Source: Akkermansiaceae bacterium (GTDB lineage: Bacteria > Verrucomicrobiota > Verrucomicrobiia > Verrucomicrobiales > Akkermansiaceae). Taken from it: a stretch of DNA of 36,270 bases. A program made the position numbers and the translations under genes. Where the stretch lies: assembly GCA_029287105.1 (NCBI GenBank), contig JARFRT010000374.1, positions 1-36,270 of the forward strand, given 5' to 3'. Each line of letters opens with the position of its first letter. Position 1 is the first letter of the stretch. This document shows, piece by piece, positions 1 to 9,628 of this stretch. The notes beneath the pieces were generated by a model. That model made no database searches. It had not been told where the DNA came from and worked only from the letters and a program-made list of their open reading frames with translations.

Positions 1-1
1 C

Positions 2-523
2 GACCTCTATTGCCAACTCCTACGCCAGTCCATCGACCGACTCCGCGACGGAAAAACCAACCAACGGGTCGACGTCACCCTGCGTGCCGATTTCCTCCGC
101 TTCAGCGAGACCGACTCCCGCCCACCCAAGCCAGAAAACGATCCCACCGGCAAAGCTAGCCCCGGCAATATCCTGGGCGCCTACCTCCCCACCAGCTACA
201 TGCCGGAGGCGCGGCTCCGCATCTCAGCCTACAAAGAACTCGCCGAGCTTATCTCCAGCAAGGAACTCAAAGCCCTGCATACCCGCTGGGTCGATCGCTT
301 CGGCCGCCTTCCCGCTCCCGCCAAACACCTACTCACCGCCACCGAACTCAAACTCGCCGCCGCCGCCGCCAGTATCACCACCGTGGAAATTCGGGAACAA
401 CGCCTCATGCTGACGCGCAATGGCGAGTATATTTTCCTCACCGGCAAACGCTTCCCCCGCCTCACCCAGGTCACACCCGTGGAAAAACTCGAGGAAACAC
501 TCGCGATGCTCAAATCCATCTAG
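2..523 (+). CDS. mfd: Transcription-repair coupling factor, C-terminal TRCF domain (5'-truncated by window edge)
   Basis: Frame is open from base 2: DLYCQLLRQSIDRL...YLPTSYMPEARLRISAYKELA...DRFGRLP. This matches the Mfd C-terminal pattern (GFDLY..L; Y+P...R+..Y+.+A; DRFG..P). Confidence 0.9.
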   Translation, partial: DLYCQLLRQSIDRLRDGKTNQRVDVTLRADFLRFSETDSRPPKPENDPTGKASPGNILGAYLPTSYMPEARLRISAYKELAELISSKELKALHTRWVDRFGRLPAPAKHLLTATELKLAAAAASITTVEIREQRLMLTRNGEYIFLTGKRFPRLTQVTPVEKLEETLAMLKSI

Positions 524-825
524 TGTTTCGCCAGGGATAGTCAGGGATAAATAGGTGAATTCAACCGGGCACCCGGCTTTGACCGCCCCTCGAATACCAA
601 GGCCGCAGGCCTTACAGGGGCCCGGAGAGGACCTTGGAATTGAAACACCGAAACCTCGGGAAATCCTGCCACGCATGGTCATATCGGGACAGGTTTTGGC
701 AGCATCTGCCTAGACACATCATTGAGATACGTCTAGGTTAGCTACCTCATTTGAAACTTCATTTCAATCTAAGTGCCGCAGATGCCACGAGCTTCTCGCA
801 CATAGACACCACCGGCCAACTTACC

Positions 826-3800
826 ATGACTACTCCAGAAAACATACCCAGCCCCGCATCCGATAACTCACCCAAGTACCCCGGCGAGCCCATCACCTGC
901 AACGGCAACCAACTGGTCGCCACTCACGTCGAGGCCCGCATCACCGACGGCGGTATTTTCTACCCCATCACCCCGTCCACCGAGGGAGGCGAACTCTATC
1001 AGCAATCATGGGCCCAGGGAGAACTCAACGTTTTCGGCCAACAAAAAATCGCCGTCGAAACCGAAGGAGAACACGCCGCCCAGGGCGGAGCCACCGCCTT
1101 CGCCATCACCGGACGCCGCACCGTCAACTTCACCTCCGGCCAGGGCATTCTCTACGCGATGGAACAATACCACCACGCCCCCGGCAAACTCTCCACCATG
1201 GTCCTGGAAATCGGCGCCCGCGCCCTGACCAAACACGCCCTCAACGTGCACTGCGGTCACGATGACATCTACTCCGCACTCGACACCGGCTGGATTATGC
1301 TCACCGGTAAAGACGCCCAACAAGCCGCCGACCAGGCCATCATCCTGCGCAAGGTTTGTGAACTTTCACTTAACCCGGGCATGAACATCCAGGACGGCAT
1401 GCTCACCACCCACGCCGAACGCGTCTTCCGCCGCCCCGAAGCCGCACTTCTGCGCGAATTCCTCGGCGCACCGGACGACCGGATCGATTGCCCAACGGAT
1501 GCCCAGAAAGAACTATTCGGCCCACAACGCCGCCGCGTTCCTAAAATGATGGACATCTGCAGTCCCGTGCTTGTTGGCCCGGTGCAAAACCAGGAACACT
1601 ACATGAACGGCGTGGTCGGCCGCCGCAATCACTTCAACGAACCCATCCTCGGCATGCTCGAAGATGCCTACAAGGAATTCGCCGAACTAACAGGTCGTGA
1701 ATACGGCCTGCTTTCCGAATATCGCACCGAGGACGCCGACACCGTTTTCATCAGCATCGGCTGCGCCGCAGAAAACATCGAGGCCGCCTGCGACCACATC
1801 CGCGCTACACGCGGCGAGAAAGTGGGCTCAATCCACTTCAACGTCCTCCGCCCCTTCCCGGAAGCGGTCCTTATCGAAGCCATCCGGGGCAAGAAAACCC
1901 TGATCGTTCTCGAACGCACCGATGAAGGCCTGTCAGGAGACAACCCCCTGACCCGCGACATCCGGGCCGCGATGGGCAAATCCCGCGATGCGCGCCAGTG
2001 GGGTGGAAACATCCCGGCACTCTCCCCCGAGGAAACGCCCCACCTATTCCGCGGCGTCTACGGCCTCGGCTCACGCGATTTCCGCCCCGAACACATCATC
2101 GGCGCCTATGATTTCTCCCAGGGTAAAATCGCCCGCCAAGACGGGAAAAAAGCTTCCCATGGCACCACCTTCTTCACCCTCGGCGTCGATCACAAGTATG
2201 CCGTCATTTCCGAGGAAACACCGTCCCTTTTACCTGAAAAATCGATTGCCGTCCGCTTCCACTCCATCGGTGGCTGGGGGATGATCACCACCGGCAAAAA
2301 CCTCGGCAACATCCTCGGCGAGTTCGGGGCATTGCTCTCCGAACGCAGCCCCGAGTACGACCCCGAAACAGGCAAACTCCTGCCCAAACTCCACATCGCA
2401 GCCAACCCCAAGTACGGCTCCGAGAAAAAAGGCTCGCCCACCAACTACTTCCTCGTCGTCGCCCCCGAGCGCGTCCGCGTCAATTGCGAACTGCACCACG
2501 TCGACGTCGTGCTGTGCTGCGACCCGAAAGCCTTCACCCATTCCAACCCGCTCGCCGGAATCAACCCAGGCGGCTGCCTCGTTTGGGAGTCGTCAATGGA
2601 TCCAGACGCAGCCTGGGAGTCGATCCCCAAGGAGCACCGGCAAGCCATCCGCGACAACAATATCCGCATCTTCATCCTGCCCGGATTCGATATCGCCCGC
2701 AAAGCCACTCCTCGCGTCGATCTCCAGATGCGGATGCAGGGCAACTCGTTCCTCGGTGCCTTCTTTAAAGTCTCGCCATTCCTGTCCGACAACAACATCA
2801 CAGAGGAAACGTTCCGCAAAACAGTGCGCAAGCAGTATGAGAAAAAATTCGGCCGCTTCGGTGCCAATGTCGTCGAAAGCAACATGACCGTCATGACCGA
2901 GGGCGCCGCCCGCGTCCAGGAAATCAAGTACGGTGAACTCGATGCCCCCGATACCTCGTCACTCCGCCTTCCGCCACTGGCCCCCGTCAACGCAGAGGAA
3001 CCCGTCTTGCCCACCATCATGTGCAGCGGCATGGAATGCTACATCCCCAGGCCTGACGATCAGGGAGTCCGCTCCCCAATCCAGACTCAAAAGAAATTCG
3101 ACGGCGAGTTCCGCGCAGGAAAAGGCTACCACCAACCCGCCAGCCCCCTTGCCAGTGTCGGGGTGATGGCCGCCGCCACCGCCGCCACCACCAGTAAATA
3201 CGTGGCTCGCAGGATGACTCCACTTTTCATCCCCGAAAACTGCACCCAATGCATGGACTGTATCACCGCCTGCCCGGACACCGCACTCCCGAACACCGCC
3301 CAGGAAATCAGCACCGTCCTCCGCACCGCCACCCGGGCCTACGTCTCCGACCCCTCCCAACGCGAAGCCCTGTTAAGCGAACTTCCCAAGGTGGAGGAAA
3401 ATGCACGCAAACGCATGCTCGAAGTCGTCGAAGCCAAGGAGTCCACACCCTTCAAAGAAATCATCCGCAACGAGGTCGCCGCCCTGAACGGCGCGGTCTC
3501 CCAGGAGGCAAAAGACGAACTCTTCGCCATCCTCGACGTCGTCCCAATCGCCTACAACAAAACCGCCGCCATTTTCCGCGGCAAAGAGAAAAAATCCGGC
3601 GACGGCGGAGTCTTCTCCATCTTTGTCGCAGACCTTTGCAAAGGCTGTGGCGAATGTGTCGAACAATGCGGACACGGCGCCCTGGAAATGGTGCCCGATA
3701 CCGCCGAGTTGAATCAGACCCTGGCATCCGCCCAGCTGTTCTCCAGAATGCTTCCCGATACCCCCGGCAAATACCTCGGCCTCTACGACGACGATGCCCC

Positions 3801-5535
3801 CGAGGACTCTCGCCCGGCAGCCCTTAGAAACCACTTGATGGTGCGCCGCAACTACGAGGCCCTCGTTTCCGGTGACGGTGCCTGCGCCGGCTGCGGTGAA
3901 AAAACCATCCTCCGCGCGATTGCCTCCGTCACCGAGGCCTACATGCGCCCGATGTACCACAAAAAGGCCAAACGCCTCCTGCAAAAAGCCGACCAACTCG
4001 AAGCCCAGGGGATCGAACTCCTCGGCCAACTCAAGGCACGTTCAGAGGAAGAATACACCCTCTTCAAACGCTCCGTTGCCCATGTCGTCATGGGACTCGG
4101 TGGCGAGAACCACGCCGACACCGATATCCGCCTCAAGGAAAACGGCATCATCAGCGACGCGGACATCATTACGGCCCTCGTGTCAATCATGCGCGTCGAC
4201 GCTTACAACCACCAGTCACTCCAGGCTGTCGATGGTCGCCTCGCCAACGGCATGGCCACCATGATGATGGGTGCCAACACCGGTTGCAACACCGTTTACG
4301 GATCCACTCCTCCCTCCAACCCCCACCCCTACCCGTGGATGAACTCCCTCTTCCAGGATGGAGCCACCATCTCCTGGCTCATGGGTGAGTCACTGATCCT
4401 CCGCCACAGCCGCCGCTCCGTTGCGCCGGAGCGGATTTCCAACTTCTTGCTCGGATTGCTCGTGGACAAGGACGCGCAGGTCATCAACGAAAGCAAATAC
4501 TTCGCCATCACCCACCTCAACGACGCGCAGATGACACCCCAGGAACTCAACGAACTCCCCAAGGTCTGGTGCATCGGGGGTGACGGAGCCCTTGGCGACA
4601 TCGGCTTCCAAAACCTCTCCAAGGCCATGCTCCAGGGACGTCCCAACATCAAATTCCTCATGCTCGATACTCAGGTCTACTCCAACACCGGCGGTCAAAA
4701 CTCCGACTCGTCATTCATGCCGGGCGGCTACGACATGAACCAGTTTGGAGAAAGCACCCAAGGCAAGATGACCGAGCGAAAATCCGTTGCCGACATCCTC
4801 ACAACAGGTCACGGCTCCCCCTACGTGGCACAGATCTCAATCACCAACGCCGCGAAACTCTACCAAACCATCCTCGAAGGTCTGGAATACCGCGGCGCCG
4901 CATTCTACCAATGCTACACGACCTGCCAACCCGAACACGGCGTCGGTGATGATACATCCGCCGCCCAGGCAAAACTCGCCCGCGACTGTCGCGCCATGCC
5001 CGAGTTCGTCTTTGACTCGTCCCTCGGCGAACTCGTTCAGGAATGCTACGACGTCAAAGGCAACCCAAACACCAACCGCGACTGGCAGCAGATGACGTCC
5101 AAGCTCGATAAGGACATCAGCTACGCCTTCACCACCGCCCACTGGACAACAACCGAGGCACGCTTCCGCAGACATCACAAGGTGATTACCGAAGAGGAAA
5201 CCAAGACCCTCATTCCGCTGGAAAACATGCTTCAGCTCATTTCCCAGAAAGATGTGGCGCATTACCTCTTTGCCGATGAAAACGAAAATGCCTACGTGCC
5301 GGACTTCGGGGTCTTCATCCGCACCGAGTTCAACAATAAAGTCAAATACCACTCACTGAGCCGCCAACTCGTGCTCTTCTGCGTGGAACGCCGCAAGGCA
5401 TGGCGCCTGATGCAATCGAAAGCCGGTATCGAAAACTCCGATTATCAAACTCAGCAGGAAATCCTGAAAAAACTCGCCGACGGCGAAATCACCCGTGATG
5501 AGGTGCTCAAAAAAGGAGCCGCGGTAATCGGATAA
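826..5535 (+). CDS. nifJ: Single-chain pyruvate:ferredoxin/flavodoxin oxidoreductase, long form (~1569 aa)
   Basis: YPITPST, EGEHAAQG, TSGQG, ARAL..HALNVHCGHDD, two ferredoxin motifs (CTQCMDCITACP, CKGCGECVEQCG), ACAGCGE, NTGC, and the TPP motif GGDGALGDIG...LDTQVYSNTGGQ. ATG at 826 is preferred over TTG at 751. Confidence 0.92.
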   Translation: MTTPENIPSPASDNSPKYPGEPITCNGNQLVATHVEARITDGGIFYPITPSTEGGELYQQSWAQGELNVFGQQKIAVETEGEHAAQGGATAFAITGRRTVNFTSGQGILYAMEQYHHAPGKLSTMVLEIGARALTKHALNVHCGHDDIYSALDTGWIMLTGKDAQQAADQAIILRKVCELSLNPGMNIQDGMLTTHAERVFRRPEAALLREFLGAPDDRIDCPTDAQKELFGPQRRRVPKMMDICSPVLVGPVQNQEHYMNGVVGRRNHFNEPILGMLEDAYKEFAELTGREYGLLSEYRTEDADTVFISIGCAAENIEAACDHIRATRGEKVGSIHFNVLRPFPEAVLIEAIRGKKTLIVLERTDEGLSGDNPLTRDIRAAMGKSRDARQWGGNIPALSPEETPHLFRGVYGLGSRDFRPEHIIGAYDFSQGKIARQDGKKASHGTTFFTLGVDHKYAVISEETPSLLPEKSIAVRFHSIGGWGMITTGKNLGNILGEFGALLSERSPEYDPETGKLLPKLHIAANPKYGSEKKGSPTNYFLVVAPERVRVNCELHHVDVVLCCDPKAFTHSNPLAGINPGGCLVWESSMDPDAAWESIPKEHRQAIRDNNIRIFILPGFDIARKATPRVDLQMRMQGNSFLGAFFKVSPFLSDNNITEETFRKTVRKQYEKKFGRFGANVVESNMTVMTEGAARVQEIKYGELDAPDTSSLRLPPLAPVNAEEPVLPTIMCSGMECYIPRPDDQGVRSPIQTQKKFDGEFRAGKGYHQPASPLASVGVMAAATAATTSKYVARRMTPLFIPENCTQCMDCITACPDTALPNTAQEISTVLRTATRAYVSDPSQREALLSELPKVEENARKRMLEVVEAKESTPFKEIIRNEVAALNGAVSQEAKDELFAILDVVPIAYNKTAAIFRGKEKKSGDGGVFSIFVADLCKGCGECVEQCGHGALEMVPDTAELNQTLASAQLFSRMLPDTPGKYLGLYDDDAPEDSRPAALRNHLMVRRNYEALVSGDGACAGCGEKTILRAIASVTEAYMRPMYHKKAKRLLQKADQLEAQGIELLGQLKARSEEEYTLFKRSVAHVVMGLGGENHADTDIRLKENGIISDADIITALVSIMRVDAYNHQSLQAVDGRLANGMATMMMGANTGCNTVYGSTPPSNPHPYPWMNSLFQDGATISWLMGESLILRHSRRSVAPERISNFLLGLLVDKDAQVINESKYFAITHLNDAQMTPQELNELPKVWCIGGDGALGDIGFQNLSKAMLQGRPNIKFLMLDTQVYSNTGGQNSDSSFMPGGYDMNQFGESTQGKMTERKSVADILTTGHGSPYVAQISITNAAKLYQTILEGLEYRGAAFYQCYTTCQPEHGVGDDTSAAQAKLARDCRAMPEFVFDSSLGELVQECYDVKGNPNTNRDWQQMTSKLDKDISYAFTTAHWTTTEARFRRHHKVITEEETKTLIPLENMLQLISQKDVAHYLFADENENAYVPDFGVFIRTEFNNKVKYHSLSRQLVLFCVERRKAWRLMQSKAGIENSDYQTQQEILKKLADGEITRDEVLKKGAAVIG

Positions 5536-5556
5536 GCCCTCCAAGGATGGGCTTTC
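5534..5556 (+). terminator. Possible intrinsic terminator after PFOR
   Basis: Hairpin AAGCCC-TCC-aa-GGA-t-GGGCTT directly at the stop codon; the U-tract is weak. Confidence 0.3.
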
Positions 5557-5723
5557 ACCCACGACGCGACTTTTTGTCACAATAAGTTGAACAACTTCGG
5601 GTGCCGGAGACGCCTGTCCTTGTACCTTGCCATCGGCCTTATTAGGCTACAAACTGCGCTTGAACCTGATCCAAAACCATCAAGCACCTAATTAAGAACA
5701 CCTCGCCCGTCCCGCTCCTACCC

Positions 5724-6707
5724 ATGATTACTTTTAAACACATCTTCTGCCTCGCGCTGATATGCATCGCGCCCCTCACCCATGCCCGTGAAGTCACTGG
5801 TATCGCCGCCAAGGTCAATGGCAAGGTCATCACCAAAAATGAGGTCAACTACCACCTCACCCCCTACCGCGAGCAACTCAATGCCACCATGCCCCGCAAG
5901 GGCCCCCAATATTACGACCTCATCAAAAAAGCCCGCGGCGAAATCCTCGACAGCCTCATCGAGCGCGAACTCATCCTCTCCGAGTTTCGCGACAAAATCA
6001 AAGGCACGATCCCCAGCCACGCCATCGATTCCGAAATCAACCGCCAAGTCCGCGACCTCTATAATAACAACCGCAACGAGTTCAACAAGGCCTTGCGCCA
6101 AGCCGGCGTCACACCTCAACAACACCGCCGCGAAACGGAAAAAAAACTCATCGTCCAGGCCATGCGATCCCAGCAGTTTAAAAACGCCGTGCCGCCACTC
6201 CCCAACGAAGTCTTGGCAGAGTTCAACAAACACAAACTCAAAATGCGTGACATAACCGGCGATGCCCTTGAGTTCCACAAAATCTACATCCCGAAACTCG
6301 ACCCCAACAACGCCCTCGTCACCCCCAAAACCCAACTCCAACTCGCCGAAAACATTGTCGACCAACTCAACCAGGGCTCCAACTTCGAGGAACTCGCCAA
6401 AAAATATTCAAAGGACTCCTGGGCCGATGAAGGTGGCAAGGTTGAAAAAACAAAACGCACCGACCTCTCCCCCGCGTTCGCCGCCATCCTCATGGAAACC
6501 CCCACAGGGAAAATCCTCGGCCCCCTCGAAGACGGCCGCGGCTTCACCATCGTGCGCCTCGATAAAAAATACTACGGACCCACCCCACCACTCAGCAAAG
6601 TCCGCAAAACCCTCGAAGGGCGCGTCCGAGCCCAGAAAAATAAATCCAAACATGACCGGTGGATTAAACGGCTCCGTGACAACGCCATGATCGAAAAGAA
6701 AATCTAA
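5724..6707 (+). CDS. SurA/PrsA-type periplasmic peptidyl-prolyl isomerase (parvulin/PpiC domain)
   Basis: Signal peptide, SurA N-terminal pattern IAAKVNGKVIT...LIERELIL, and rotamase motif FEELAKKYSKD..ADEGG...GPLEDGRGFTIVRL. Confidence 0.85.
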   Translation: MITFKHIFCLALICIAPLTHAREVTGIAAKVNGKVITKNEVNYHLTPYREQLNATMPRKGPQYYDLIKKARGEILDSLIERELILSEFRDKIKGTIPSHAIDSEINRQVRDLYNNNRNEFNKALRQAGVTPQQHRRETEKKLIVQAMRSQQFKNAVPPLPNEVLAEFNKHKLKMRDITGDALEFHKIYIPKLDPNNALVTPKTQLQLAENIVDQLNQGSNFEELAKKYSKDSWADEGGKVEKTKRTDLSPAFAAILMETPTGKILGPLEDGRGFTIVRLDKKYYGPTPPLSKVRKTLEGRVRAQKNKSKHDRWIKRLRDNAMIEKKI

Positions 6708-6753
6708 TCCAATACCCGGCACCCCACCTGCGCGTCTTTTCAATTGGGTGTTC

Positions 6754-6781
6754 GGTATTTGAAACTTGAATCTTAAAACTT
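6754..6781 (+). repeat. Degenerate 7-bp tandem array before the SDR start
   Basis: GGTATTT GAAACTT GAATCTT AAAACTT, then CCCC ATG. Confidence 0.7.
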
Positions 6782-6785
6782 CCCC

Positions 6786-7565
6786 ATGGACTACCTCAAC
6801 TCACTCTTTAGCCTCGACGGCCAGGTCGCCGTCGTCATCGGAGGAACCGGCAACCTCTGCGGCAGTATGGGCATCGCCCTCGCACGCGCCGGTGCCGAGG
6901 TCATCCTCGTCGGGCGCAATCCCGAAAGCGCCATCGAAAAACTCGCCGCCATCGACGCCTTCGGCGGCAAATCATGGTTCCACAAAGCCGACGTCACCCG
7001 CCGCGACGATATCGATGACCTGCTCACCGCCGCCCTCCTCCGCTCGGAAAAAGTAGACATCCTCGTCAACGGCGCCGGCGTGGGATCCGGCACCCCATTC
7101 CTCGAAATCAGCGATAGCGAAATCGCCCAACTCATGGACATTAACTTCAATAGCGTCTTCCATGCCTGCCAGATCTTCGGCGACTACTTCATCAAGCGCA
7201 ACGAACCATGCAGCATCATCAACATGGGCTCCATGGCAGGAAGAATGCCCGTCTCCGGTATCTTCGCCTACTCCGCCGCCAAGGCCGCCGTCCACAACCT
7301 CAGCAAAAACCTCGCCCGCGAATGGGCAGAACACGATATCCGCGTCAATACCCTGGTTCCCGGTTTCTTTCCTGCCGCCGAAGCCTCACGCCTGGGTGAT
7401 GAAATGCGCGCCCTCGAAATCCTCCGCCATACCCCGATGTCCCGCTTTGGTAACGCCGATGAACTCAGCGCAGCCACCCTCATGCTCGCATCCAACAAAG
7501 CCGGCTCGTTTATCACCGGCACGGAAATCATCATCGACGGCGGCTTCTCCGCAATGACGATTTGA
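6786..7565 (+). CDS. SDR family NAD(P)-dependent oxidoreductase (gluconate 5-dehydrogenase / mannonate oxidoreductase-like)
   Basis: GGTGNLCG Rossmann motif, NGAG, catalytic S...YSAAK, PGFF, TPMSRFG, DGG. Confidence 0.88.
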   Translation: MDYLNSLFSLDGQVAVVIGGTGNLCGSMGIALARAGAEVILVGRNPESAIEKLAAIDAFGGKSWFHKADVTRRDDIDDLLTAALLRSEKVDILVNGAGVGSGTPFLEISDSEIAQLMDINFNSVFHACQIFGDYFIKRNEPCSIINMGSMAGRMPVSGIFAYSAAKAAVHNLSKNLAREWAEHDIRVNTLVPGFFPAAEASRLGDEMRALEILRHTPMSRFGNADELSAATLMLASNKAGSFITGTEIIIDGGFSAMTI

Positions 7566-7617
7566 ATTGATCACTTCCCCATACCCCCGCCACTTACACC
7601 ACGGAAACGTGAACTCG

Positions 7618-7653
7618 GGTATTTAGTATTTCAGTATTTAAAACTCAAAACTT
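7618..7653 (+). repeat. Degenerate 7-bp tandem array running into the hemW TTG start
   Basis: GGTATTT AGTATTT c AGTATTT AAAACTC AAAACTT(G). Confidence 0.7.
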
Positions 7654-8743
7654 GATCGTCTACATCCACATCCCTTTTTGCCACCGGATCTGCCCTTACT
7701 GCTCCTTTTATAAACACACCCCAGGCGAAACCAACATACCGGCATTCATCCAGGCGATCATCAAAGAAGCACGTGCCGCGGACATCAAGGCCGACACACC
7801 CATCACCACCCTCTACCTCGGCGGAGGCACACCCTCCATGCTCTCACCGAGCCACCTCACCACCCTCTTCGACGGCCTGCATGATACCCTCCCGCTCAAA
7901 AATACCCACATCACCCTGGAGGCCAACCCCGCGACCTTCGGCCACGCCAAGGCCGCGCTGTTCAAAGAACTCGGAGTCAACCGGACATCTCTCGGTATCC
8001 AGTCGTTCTCCCCGCAACTGCTCAAAACCCTCGGCCGCGAACACAATCCCGACCAGGCCGCCGAGGCCGTCCACACCCTGCGTGCCTCCGGCATGGAGGA
8101 GATCAACATCGATCTCATGTTCTCCATCCCAGGTCAGGACCTATCCGACTGGCAACATAGCCTCGACACCGCCACCCAACTCAATCCCGACCACATTTCC
8201 GCCTACAACCTTACCTACGAGGAGGATACCCCGTTTTTCAACAGCCTCCAAAAGGGGCACTACCGCGACAACGAGTCTGATAACGCCGAAATGTTCACCC
8301 TCGCCCACCACTCGCTCACAAATGCAGGGTTCCACCATTACGAAACTTCAAACTACGCACAACCGGGCAAGGAATCACAACACAACCTCGACTACTGGCA
8401 CGGCCACGACTATCTCAGCTTCGGCCCATCCGCCGTCTCCACCATCAACGGAAAACGCTGGAAAAACATCCCCGACACCGCACACTACATCGATGCCATC
8501 AATACCGTCGGCCACGCCATGAGCGAAGCAGAAACCATCGACGCTGACGCTTTCCGTATCGAACGCATCGCCCTGCTGCTCCGAACCACCAGCGGCCTTC
8601 CCGATCATTACCTCAGCAAATCACCAGACGGCGCCGTCAATCAACTCCTCGAAAACAATCTCGCAAAACATCAAGACGACCACCTCCTCCTCATCAACGA
8701 CGGCCCGATGCTTGTCGACGCCGTCGCCGAACTCCTGATTTAA
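7652..8743 (+). CDS. hemW: Radical SAM heme chaperone HemW (HemN-like)
   Basis: YIHIPFC-HRIC-PYC (CxxxCxxC), GGGTPS, LEANP, YETSNYA and the HemW-type HNxxYW (HNLDYW). It lacks the HemN PRYTSYP N-terminus. TTG start. Confidence 0.88.
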   Translation: MIVYIHIPFCHRICPYCSFYKHTPGETNIPAFIQAIIKEARAADIKADTPITTLYLGGGTPSMLSPSHLTTLFDGLHDTLPLKNTHITLEANPATFGHAKAALFKELGVNRTSLGIQSFSPQLLKTLGREHNPDQAAEAVHTLRASGMEEINIDLMFSIPGQDLSDWQHSLDTATQLNPDHISAYNLTYEEDTPFFNSLQKGHYRDNESDNAEMFTLAHHSLTNAGFHHYETSNYAQPGKESQHNLDYWHGHDYLSFGPSAVSTINGKRWKNIPDTAHYIDAINTVGHAMSEAETIDADAFRIERIALLLRTTSGLPDHYLSKSPDGAVNQLLENNLAKHQDDHLLLINDGPMLVDAVAELLI

Positions 8744-8889
8744 CAACCCTCCAGCCGGCCATACCATCATCGCAACATGACCTTCCCCCCCGCCTCCCCA
8801 CAGTGCCCGGCTATCAGGAAATCTATGCCAAAGCACTTCCCCTTTCTGCCATTGACAACCCATCCCAAACCCGCTTTCAACATCTCCCC

Positions 8890-9594
8890 ATGAGGCTCGC
8901 ACTCTATTCTCTTATACTTCTAGGCGCCGTCCTGCTCGTCTTAGACCTTGCCAAACTGATCAAAGGTATCGCCCCTCCGGAGAAACCCGTGCCGGTCAAG
9001 GCCGACCCGACCGATCAACCGGCATCCGTTACGGGTAATACAGACGGACATCCCGATGTCGCCCAGTCTCTCGCACTCTACACCAGGGCCATTGAAAAAT
9101 CACCGAACGAAGCTCAACCATACGTCGATCGCGCCAACGCCCACACCGCCAATAACGACTACGCCAAAGCCATCGCCGACTACGATCAGGCCATCAAACT
9201 GGACCCCGAAAACACCGACTATATCCTCCAACGCGGCACCCTCTACTTGGGTAGCAACAACCCGGATCAGGCCATTGCAAACTTCACCAAGGCACTGGAA
9301 ATCAACCCGGAACTCATCAAGGCTCTCGCATACCGCGCCATCACCAACTTCCGCCACAAAAAACACCAGGCCGCCCTCGATGACTGCCTGCTCATGCTCC
9401 AAAAAGATCCCGCATTCACCGATCTCCACACCACAATCGCACAGTGCTACAAAGCCCTCGGCCAAAACGACAAGGCCATCTCGCACCTCAAAACCTACCT
9501 TGAGTCAACCCAAGACCCGCAGGGAAAACAGGAAGCCGAGGCTCTGATCAAAGAATGGAGCGGCCAACCCGCCCAACCATCTGCCCAACCCTAA
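8890..9594 (+). CDS. Membrane-anchored tetratricopeptide repeat protein
   Basis: N-terminal hydrophobic helix, then about 4 TPR units (AIADYDQAIKLDP, AIANFTKALEINP). ATG at 8890 has TTGACA at 8852-8857 upstream. Confidence 0.85.
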   Translation: MRLALYSLILLGAVLLVLDLAKLIKGIAPPEKPVPVKADPTDQPASVTGNTDGHPDVAQSLALYTRAIEKSPNEAQPYVDRANAHTANNDYAKAIADYDQAIKLDPENTDYILQRGTLYLGSNNPDQAIANFTKALEINPELIKALAYRAITNFRHKKHQAALDDCLLMLQKDPAFTDLHTTIAQCYKALGQNDKAISHLKTYLESTQDPQGKQEAEALIKEWSGQPAQPSAQP

Positions 9595-9628
9595 AAAAAA
9601 CCGGCAGCCCCAAACCCCGTAACCACCC

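Noticed and set aside
636-646. GGAATTGAAAC, resembling a CRISPR repeat 3' end
   Set aside because: Single copy, no repeat-spacer periodicity and no cas genes in the window.
696-709. Sigma-54-like TTGGCA...TGC upstream of PFOR
   Set aside because: GG-to-GC spacing is 8 nt, not the required 10.
751-825. Upstream alternative starts in the ORF track (PFOR 751, TPR 8803, btuB 26668, btuD 29674)
   Set aside because: The extensions overlap promoter, riboswitch or upstream-gene sequence; downstream ATGs give cleaner N-termini.
5598-5675. TPP-riboswitch-like fragments (GGGTGCC-GGAGA...GAACCTGATC)
   Set aside because: Lacks the UAAU-loop P5 hairpin and the closing AGCG/AGG elements; it precedes a PPIase, not a thiamine gene.
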